The notes beneath the pieces were generated by a model. That model saw only the letters and a list, made by a program, of their open reading frames with translations, ran no database searches and had not been told where the DNA came from. The position numbers and the translations under genes were made by a program. A stretch of DNA of 64,000 nucleotides, filler included, from Reclinomonas americana ATCC 50394 (lineage: Eukaryota), in assembly GCA_048213135.1 (NCBI GenBank). It is 15 parts of 15 records of this genome, joined end to end, with 100 filler letters (N's around TTAATTAATTAA, not from the genome) between each part and the next. Parts side by side here need not be neighbours in the genome. Positions count along the whole stretch, not along the records: positions 60,046 to 62,069 come from AFZH01019501.1; positions 62,170 to 64,000 come from AFZH01019507.1; 13 more parts are not named here. One strand, given 5' to 3'. This document shows, piece by piece, positions 60,547 to 64,000 of this stretch; positions within the stretch are counted from its first letter, which is position 1, and each line of letters opens with the position of its first letter.

Positions 60547-62069
60547 CTAGCGAACTATGACGTCGCTGGCGGCAGCCGGGTCCAGGAATATTCCGGCCAG
60601 CTCCACGGCATGCTCTCGCAGCTGTGTTATCTTTTCCGCACGCAACGTCTGCAAACCCATCATCATCAGCATCATCAGTGACAGAGAACTCACGCACGCC
60701 GAATTTGCACAAGGTGGCCCATACCGCAGTGGATTGAAGTTGCAGGACGCCAGAGCAACCGCTCGAGGCCAGCAGTGCGCGTGCATCGAGAGCGCTACGA
60801 TCCTGCGCACCGGTACTGGACATCACCACGGCCTGGATGAGTCCCATGGTGGCGTCGCTCACCGACGACCGGTCAGTGGTTTCGCGGAAGTGCTCGGTCG
60901 CGTGCCGAAGAATGTACGGAAGGACAGGCTTGAATAGCTCGGGGCACTGCTGTACGGCGTGAGTGAGCGTGTTGTAAATCACCACCTTGCTGTCCTCCAC
61001 TGGCGAGTCTGCGACCGACAGACGAATGAGCATGGAGGAGCCACGCATGTATCCAACTCACAAAACGCAGAACGCAACGAGCCACAGCCTCGAGCAAGTG
61101 AACCGCGAACAGCGAGCACGACTGCGAATCCACAAACACAGCCGTCATGAAATCGCGTGACAGGCAAAGCGATGCCTGTCCCGTGGCGATGCCCAGTCTG
61201 TGCGCCATTGTGTGAGTATGGGAGTAGTGAGTGAGAGAGAGACGTGGAACGTGCACGAGCGCAACTTGATCAGAGCATTTTCCGTGGCCGACGACAGGAA
61301 CGGCAACAGGACGGTGACGAACCCGAGCACATCACCATACACAGCACCCGACTTGGTGACACTCATGGTCAGCAACGACACCAGCAGTCTCTCCGTCTCC
61401 AGACGTGTCGACGACTGTGTGAGGCCCTGGTACACACACACACAGCAGGATAAGCGCTCTCCATTTCTTCCCCTGTGCACACACACATGCACAAACCCGC
61501 AAGAGAGTGGCTGCCAAGGAGAACGAGAAACTGCTGCTGAAGTTGAGCTCAACCAGTTCCTCAAACTGCGCCATGTACATCGACATGTAGAGGAAGTCCT
61601 CGAGGCTGGTGGACTCTGCGACGCACAAGAACAAGGACAAGGAAAGGTGAGAATGATGTGCCGCCGGTCGCGCAGCCGCAAGCGGCAAGACACACACACC
61701 ACGGTACGACGGCAGGTTCTCGGCCACAGACAGAATAGTGCCGAGCAGTGTTACCACTGCTGTGTACACTGAAGGTCGGCTGAACGGCAACACCGACACC
61801 GCCAGAGAAAACAACTGGAAATCACTCGTGTGAGAAGGGAGCAGAGCATGCAATCGCATGGCGCGGTCAGCTTTCCTCTTCGTACGCACCACTCGAAGTT
61901 GGCTGTCGGACAAGAATGGACAGATTCTGTTGAACGTTACCATCACAGCAGCACACAGCTGGTGATTCTACTCTCCCCCACAAAGCACAAGATAACGAGG
62001 AGGTCAGATACTGCAATGCGGCGAATGCCAACTTTGATGGTGCAACGCACCACAGCATCCCGGACGGAG
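60547..62069 (-). CDS. NF1: Neurofibromin (NF1/IRA-like RasGAP) C-terminal HEAT region (5' truncated)
   Basis: QLFSLAVSVLPFSRPSVYTAVVTLL, FEELVELNFSSSFSFSLAATLLRGL and KVVIYNTLTHAVQQCPELF occur in the same order as the NF1 blocks LFWVAVAVLQ...LYSAG..LL, VGLNFNSNFNFALVGHLLKG and RILYEYLAEASVVFPKVF. Confidence 0.75.
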
Positions 62070-62169
62070 NNNNNNNNNNNNNNNNNNNNNNNNNNNNNNN
62101 NNNNNNNNNNNNNTTAATTAATTAANNNNNNNNNNNNNNNNNNNNNNNNNNNNNNNNNNNNNNNNNNNN

Positions 62170-64000
62170 CACGAGCGCTCACGACATACAGACTGCTGCA
62201 AGAGTGCGCTGGTCGCGTTGACGACTTGGTCGCCCACTGCAGTCTCCACATGGGTCTGCAGTTGCTGAGCGTGAACTTGGCGCGATTGGCGGAGCTGAAT
62301 CTCCTCGCGTCTGACGTGGGACTGGACGAGTCAGTCGTCGATCGTGGTTCGTATTTGCGGTCCGCTTGCAATGTTTGCACTCTCCGTCAGATGTTTACTG
62401 TCAACGACGTAGACGGCACACAAAAGACTGTGCGAGTGGCGCTCCTTGACGTGTGCACCGGCATCATTGACTCGTCGGTGGAGCGTGTCGGGAGCAAGTG
62501 CAAGGCATCAGCCAAGGACGCAGTGTTGGCGGGCTTCCCTCTCTTTTTCCCCTCGCAGTCCGATCGTGTGCAGTCGCTGTACCGGTGATTGTCTCCCTCC
62601 CCTCTGCACCACGATTATCATTACTTTACGCGCGCTCATTGTGTTCTTTCCAGATTGCTTGCTGGCGCCGACGCTTCTGGTCGCGAATCGGACGACTTTC
62701 TACTGCGTGCCCTGTTGCGACAATTCGAAGGCTACTCGGGTGCAATGGCGTTGTCCAATGCGTCGCCGTCCGTGTCGGTACTCTTTTTTTTCTCTCATAG
62801 CGCACATTCAAAAAGAACATTTTCTCGTTGCTCACGATGTTGTTTTCGGGGGGGTAGCTGGCGGACTACTTAACGCACCAGCATCTGGCAGCCGACGTGC
62901 AGCAGCAATTGCTGTTGCTCTTGTCGCAGTTTCGTGTCGATCGGCACGTCTTGTTTGTTGGCGACTGCGAGTCAGCGACTAACTTGGAATGAGCATACGC
63001 AGCACGCAGGCTGTGTGGCTGGCAAGCCACGCAGCAGATCCTCTCGACGTCTCCGGCACACTGGTGACACATGCACTAAGCGTGTTCACTCGATCGGCCG
63101 AGGTGCTGGAGGCATCTGTCGCCGATGTGGCGCCCCTGAAGGACGGGCTTGTTGGGTGCGTCATGTACCACCTGGTGTTGCTCAGCAGGGCGAAGGACTG
63201 TATTCCTCACAGTACACATTTTTTTCGTTCCACAGCGTGCTCCTGCGTCCGCTGGTGGCCGGACTGCTGACCGCGTCGCTCACTGCCGACGTGGCGCAGC
63301 TTCTCTGGGATCCTCTGCTGCAGCTGTTCCGATGCCTGGAGCGGTGCGGCGTACCTGCTGGTGTATGTGTGTAGCTCTCCGTGAACTCTCATTCGACGAA
63401 TGAGTGCAGTGCTCGCGATGCCGCGGGACCAGCGAACAGTGGTGTGCGCTGGGTTACGGAACTGGAGCGCATGATGGCCGCTCTTTGCGGTCGCGTCGTG
63501 AAGCTTCTCATGTTGTCAGTGCCACTCTCGAGCGACGAGCTGACGTGCGGCAAGTGGTTGGATGCAGCCTATTTCCGCCATGGTCTCGAGACCGAGCTGG
63601 TGCGGTTCCCGAGCTGCTCAGATGTGCGTATTTTTCGTTTCCTCACGCACGCACATGAAAACCAGCACGAGCGTTCGACGCCATTTGCAGGCTACCGCAA
63701 GACGGACCAGGACGAATTTATCGCGGCACTGCTGCAATGTGAGGACCTTGGTGGAAAGTGTGTGGTCGCCCTGGAAGCTGCGGATCCCGACAGATCTCCC
63801 AAGGTAGTCCTCCTCTTCCAGCCATGTCGCTTGCTGTGTCTCTGATTTGTTTATTTTCTTCGCAGCACGGAACCGATGCAGTGGACGATGCAGTGCGAGC
63901 AGTGTTTGCGGTGCTGCTCAAGTTCAATGGCCTACTCGACGTTGCCGCCGGACATGCTCTGGAGCCAACACTCCAGCCTCTCGACGAAGTTGTTCTGCGG
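62170..64000 (+). CDS. Internal fragment of a large helical protein, possibly a HERC1/HERC2-like giant E3 ligase
   Basis: AGFPLFFPSQSDR, WVTELER, PLSSDELTCGKWLDAAYFRHGLE and AVDDAVRAVFAVLLKF resemble N-terminal scaffold blocks of giant HERC/HECT proteins. No HECT or RCC1 domain lies within the window. Confidence 0.45.

Noticed and set aside
2050..62169. Fourteen identical TTAATTAATTAA motifs flanked by N runs, as a biological repeat or array
   Set aside because: Fixed 44N+12+44N format with stops in all six frames; this is an assembly/concatenation linker.
1..64000. Transposons, retroelements, viral genes, rRNA or prokaryotic defence systems
   Set aside because: No transposase, reverse transcriptase, integrase, capsid, rRNA or operon-like signatures were recognised.

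Overview
Eukaryotic (protist-like) nuclear DNA, not prokaryotic. The window is 15 contig pieces joined by 14 artificial 100-bp spacers (N44-TTAATTAATTAA-N44). Several genes run across spacers in a consistent order, so the spacers probably replace scaffold gaps. The genome is very compact. Genes carry many short GT-AG introns (mostly about 50-100 nt, often with CA/GT or CT microsatellites), and intergenic spaces are often only 40-250 bp. The supplied ORF track therefore shows exon fragments only, and the gene models below were spliced by eye, so boundaries are approximate. Recognisable genes: MRE11, an F-BAR/FCH protein, CFAP77, a ZIP zinc transporter, a GLOD4-like glyoxalase, a FERM-WW protein, an ABCA transporter, HGSNAT, a 7TM-RGS protein, an intronless WD40 protein, PGS1, a Kelch-PB1-MAP3K, an AXDND1-like protein, an IBR-fused MYCBP2-type RCR E3 ligase, DPE2 (GH77), an eIF4E homologue, a secreted permuted NlpC/P60-like protein, the C-terminus of neurofibromin and a HERC-like fragment. 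CFAP77 and AXDND1 imply a flagellated organism. Most notable: (1) an eIF4E with two SWADE motifs, a very long disordered tail and an apparent C-terminal membrane anchor; (2) extreme microexons, including an apparent 1-nt exon that splits one codon over three exons and a 4-nt exon in a kinase activation loop; (3) a Kelch-PB1-MEKK kinase; (4) an IBR-RCR hybrid ligase. All family assignments come from motif recognition from memory; no searches were run.
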